Shown here in pieces: positions 45,727 to 47,977 of a stretch of DNA of 47,977 nucleotides. The DNA lies in contig JBKJLC010000060.1 in the NCBI GenBank assembly GCA_046597055.1, forward strand, positions 1 to 47,977. The letters run 5' to 3'. Within the stretch, counting starts at the first letter, position 1. Each line of letters opens with the position of its first letter. The notes under the pieces are model-generated. The model searched no databases and had not been told where the DNA came from. It saw nothing but the letters and a program-made list of their open reading frames with translations. A program made the position numbers and the translations under genes. The DNA comes from Kofleriaceae bacterium (GTDB lineage Bacteria; Myxococcota_A; Polyangia; Haliangiales; Haliangiaceae).

Positions 45727-46284
45727 ATGAGGATTTTTCAAGCCATCGCGCTTCCGTGCCTGCTCGCCGCGGCCTGTGGCTCCTCCGTCGATGATCCCGG
45801 TCCGGGTGACGTCGACGTCGACTCGGGCGTGAACGTGGACGGCGGCGGCGGCGGCGGCGGCGGCGGACCAGATGCCACCAACCCCAGCAGCAACGCGCGC
45901 CTGGTCGGTACGCTGACCCGCAGCGCCGCCCCGCAGGGCGACGCGGTCGGCAACGTCTACGTCGCCCTGTTCGATCGCGATCCGGTGGCGAACATGATGA
46001 CCGCCCAGCTGGTGGCGAACGCGCTCGTGCAGAATGCCAATCTGGCGGCGCCCGGTGCCAGCGCTGCATACGTCCTCGAGGGCGTCCCGCCGCGGGCCGA
46101 GAAGTACTACCTGATCGCGTTCCTCGACGACAACGGCAACGTCGACATGTCCAATCCGGGCGCCGCGGGTCCCGATCGCGGCGACCTGGTCAGCCTGGAG
46201 GGCCTGAGCGCCCCGACGGTGACGGTGCCGACCGCTGCCGAGATGAGCCACAACATCGTCCTCAACCAGGTCATGCCGTTCTGA
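45727..46284 (+). CDS. Hypothetical lipoprotein
   Basis: Lipobox AAAC, poly-Gly linker, beta-rich domain with YYLIAFLDDNGN...GPDRGD. Confidence 0.75.
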   Translation: MRIFQAIALPCLLAAACGSSVDDPGPGDVDVDSGVNVDGGGGGGGGGPDATNPSSNARLVGTLTRSAAPQGDAVGNVYVALFDRDPVANMMTAQLVANALVQNANLAAPGASAAYVLEGVPPRAEKYYLIAFLDDNGNVDMSNPGAAGPDRGDLVSLEGLSAPTVTVPTAAEMSHNIVLNQVMPF

Positions 46285-46295
46285 AGGAGCCCGCC

Positions 46296-46892
46296 ATGAG
46301 AACTCTCGTCGTAACCGGTGCGCTGATTCTCGCCGCCGCTGGCTGTGCGTCGGAAGACGATGCCGGCCACGCGCTCACGATCCAAGCCAGCATGGCGCCG
46401 GGGGCCGACGGCGCCCTGGCCTTCCTCAGCCCGTCGGCGACCATCGCGACCCACGCCCCCGCCACCGTCGTCGGCAAGCCGTACTACGTCGGCGTGTTTC
46501 CGGCCGGCTTCTCGTCCGGCAACGATCCGGCGCTGTACCAGGCCTGGGGCACCGTGCCGGCGGATCTAGACATCACCGCGACCACGCCGGCGATGTTCGC
46601 GCCTGGACCCTACGACATGGTGTTGGTGATCTACGCGAACACCCCGATCTCGGCCGCGCAGCTCGCCTTCGAGGCGGCGCCGTCGGCTGCCGCCGGCGGG
46701 GACCTGTCGTCGTTCACGCTGTCAAGCGTCGACGTCCTGGGCGAGGATCCGATCCAGGCGCTGGGCACCCAGCGCATGAACGTCGTCGATGCCGATGTTC
46801 ACCGGGAGATCGCCAACCGCACGCCAAGCGACCCGATGGACCGCGCGCAGACCGTCGCCGCGTTCGATCACACGATCCTCATCATTCCGTGA
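46296..46892 (+). CDS. Hypothetical lipoprotein
   Basis: AAGGAG RBS, lipobox AAGC; 11 nt after the previous stop. Confidence 0.75.
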   Translation: MRTLVVTGALILAAAGCASEDDAGHALTIQASMAPGADGALAFLSPSATIATHAPATVVGKPYYVGVFPAGFSSGNDPALYQAWGTVPADLDITATTPAMFAPGPYDMVLVIYANTPISAAQLAFEAAPSAAAGGDLSSFTLSSVDVLGEDPIQALGTQRMNVVDADVHREIANRTPSDPMDRAQTVAAFDHTILIIP

Positions 46893-46900
46893 CGGTCGAG

Positions 46901-47977
46901 ATGACCTCGACGCACGCGCTACTCGTGCTCTTCGCGCTCTCGGGTGTGACCGCCTGCGTCGACGCGCCGTCGCTCGACCTGCCGGTCAACCCCGACACCG
47001 GGCTGCGGATCGACCAGCTCCCGCCGGTTCCGGACCTGCCGGTGTGGCCCGACAACGCGGCAACCGAGACCAAGAAGGAGCTCGGTCGCGCACTGTTCAA
47101 TGACATGCGGCTGTCGGGATCCGGATCGGCCGTGTGCGGGAACTGCCACCTGGCGGTGACCGCCTTCCATTCGGGCGGCCCGCTCGACGCACCCGATCGC
47201 TCGTTCCCCGCGATCACCCCGACCCTGCATCGCCACACCCCGTCGCTGCTCAACGTGGTCTACGCGCCGATGGCGCGCTGGGACGGCGGCCACTTCACCG
47301 ACATCGCCGACCTGATGGTGCTCCCGTTCGCCGAGGCGAACATGAACCTGGCCGGCCTCCCGGTCAGCGCCGGCGAGGAGATCGACGTGCCCGGCGCCCA
47401 GGTGCGGATGAAGCAGGCGCTCACCGGCGACTTCCCGGGCTACATCCCGCGCTTCCAGGAGGCGTTCGGCGAGGACATCGCCGCGGCCACCCCGGAGCGG
47501 CTGTGGCGGCTGGCCGGTCAGGCGCTCGCGGTGTACATCCGCGTCGCGGTCTCGCGCGACGCGGCGTTCGATCGGTGGAACGCGGGGGACGACGACGCGA
47601 TCAGCGACGGGGCCAAGCGCGGCGCCGGCCTGTTCATCGGCAAGGCCCAGTGCGTGCTGTGCCACAACGGGCCGCTGCTGTCCGACTTCCTGTTCCACAA
47701 CGTCTCGACGTCGCTGCCCGACGCCGCCGGCCAGCGCCCCGACGACGGCCGGTTCCTGGTGACCGGCCGCGAGGAAGACCGCGGCAAGTTCCTGACGCCC
47801 ATGCTCCGCTCGGCGGCCCGGACGTCGCCGTACCTGCACGACGGCTCCGAGGTCGGCATGCGCGAGGTGATCGCGCACTTCAGCGGCGGATCCGGGCGGG
47901 TCGATCCGCTCAACGAGCTCGAGTTCGTGCCGGCGCTGACCGAGGCCGAGATCGACGACCTCGTGCAGTTCATCAAG
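46901..47977 (+). CDS. Diheme cytochrome c peroxidase / MauG family lipoprotein (partial, runs off right edge; absent from the ORF track)
   Basis: Manual translation: MTSTHALLVLFALSGVTAC...ELGRALFND.RLS.....CGNCH (47135-47149)...TPSLLN...WDG...RGAGLFIGKAQCVLCH (CVLCH at 47651-47665)...GKFLTPMLR...SPYLHDGS...DDLVQFIK. Confidence 0.92.
   Translation, partial: MTSTHALLVLFALSGVTACVDAPSLDLPVNPDTGLRIDQLPPVPDLPVWPDNAATETKKELGRALFNDMRLSGSGSAVCGNCHLAVTAFHSGGPLDAPDRSFPAITPTLHRHTPSLLNVVYAPMARWDGGHFTDIADLMVLPFAEANMNLAGLPVSAGEEIDVPGAQVRMKQALTGDFPGYIPRFQEAFGEDIAAATPERLWRLAGQALAVYIRVAVSRDAAFDRWNAGDDDAISDGAKRGAGLFIGKAQCVLCHNGPLLSDFLFHNVSTSLPDAAGQRPDDGRFLVTGREEDRGKFLTPMLRSAARTSPYLHDGSEVGMREVIAHFSGGSGRVDPLNELEFVPALTEAEIDDLVQFIK

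Noticed and set aside
45841..45864. (GGC)8 microsatellite as a phase-variation switch
   Set aside because: An in-frame trinucleotide repeat encoding a poly-Gly linker; slippage would not shift the frame.

Overview
Very GC-rich, gene-dense bacterial chromosomal window. The many Asp/Gly/Pro-linker lipoproteins and the gene content suggest Myxococcota (inference). I found no rRNA, tRNA, CRISPR array, transposase or integrase. All family calls come from motif recognition by eye, not database searches. From left to right: a Tgt tRNA-guanine transglycosylase fused to an MnmC-type methyltransferase; DUF1206 and DUF1993 genes; a TPR/DUF2135 - VIT/vWA - beta-propeller operon; then the centrepiece, a ~15.5 kb divergent locus (9551-25011). 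Its right arm is a rearranged Pel-type exopolysaccharide system (TPR/beta-barrel, PelD-like without GGDEF, PelF, PelG). Its left arm carries a DUF4832 putative glycoside hydrolase, a PelE-like gene, two CotH-kinase lipoproteins, a beta-helix lipoprotein, a VTC polyphosphate polymerase and a DUF4956 membrane protein. No PelA or PelC is recognisable, and several units have sigma54-type promoter motifs. This is the best candidate for an undescribed system (hypothesis: polyphosphate-fuelled extracytoplasmic phosphorylation of a Pel-like matrix). Downstream are a degenerate Cu/Zn-SOD lipoprotein, a GIY-YIG protein, a diguanylate cyclase, an expansin, a gluzincin-like lipoprotein, a nitronate monooxygenase, a Yip1/MacAB-type ABC exporter, several lipoproteins, a GH18-like/helical-repeat pair, a PAS hybrid kinase and a truncated atypical diheme peroxidase (MauG/bCcP family). 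Many ORF-track starts are over-extended; I re-chose them from signal peptides, stop/start overlaps and promoter motifs.
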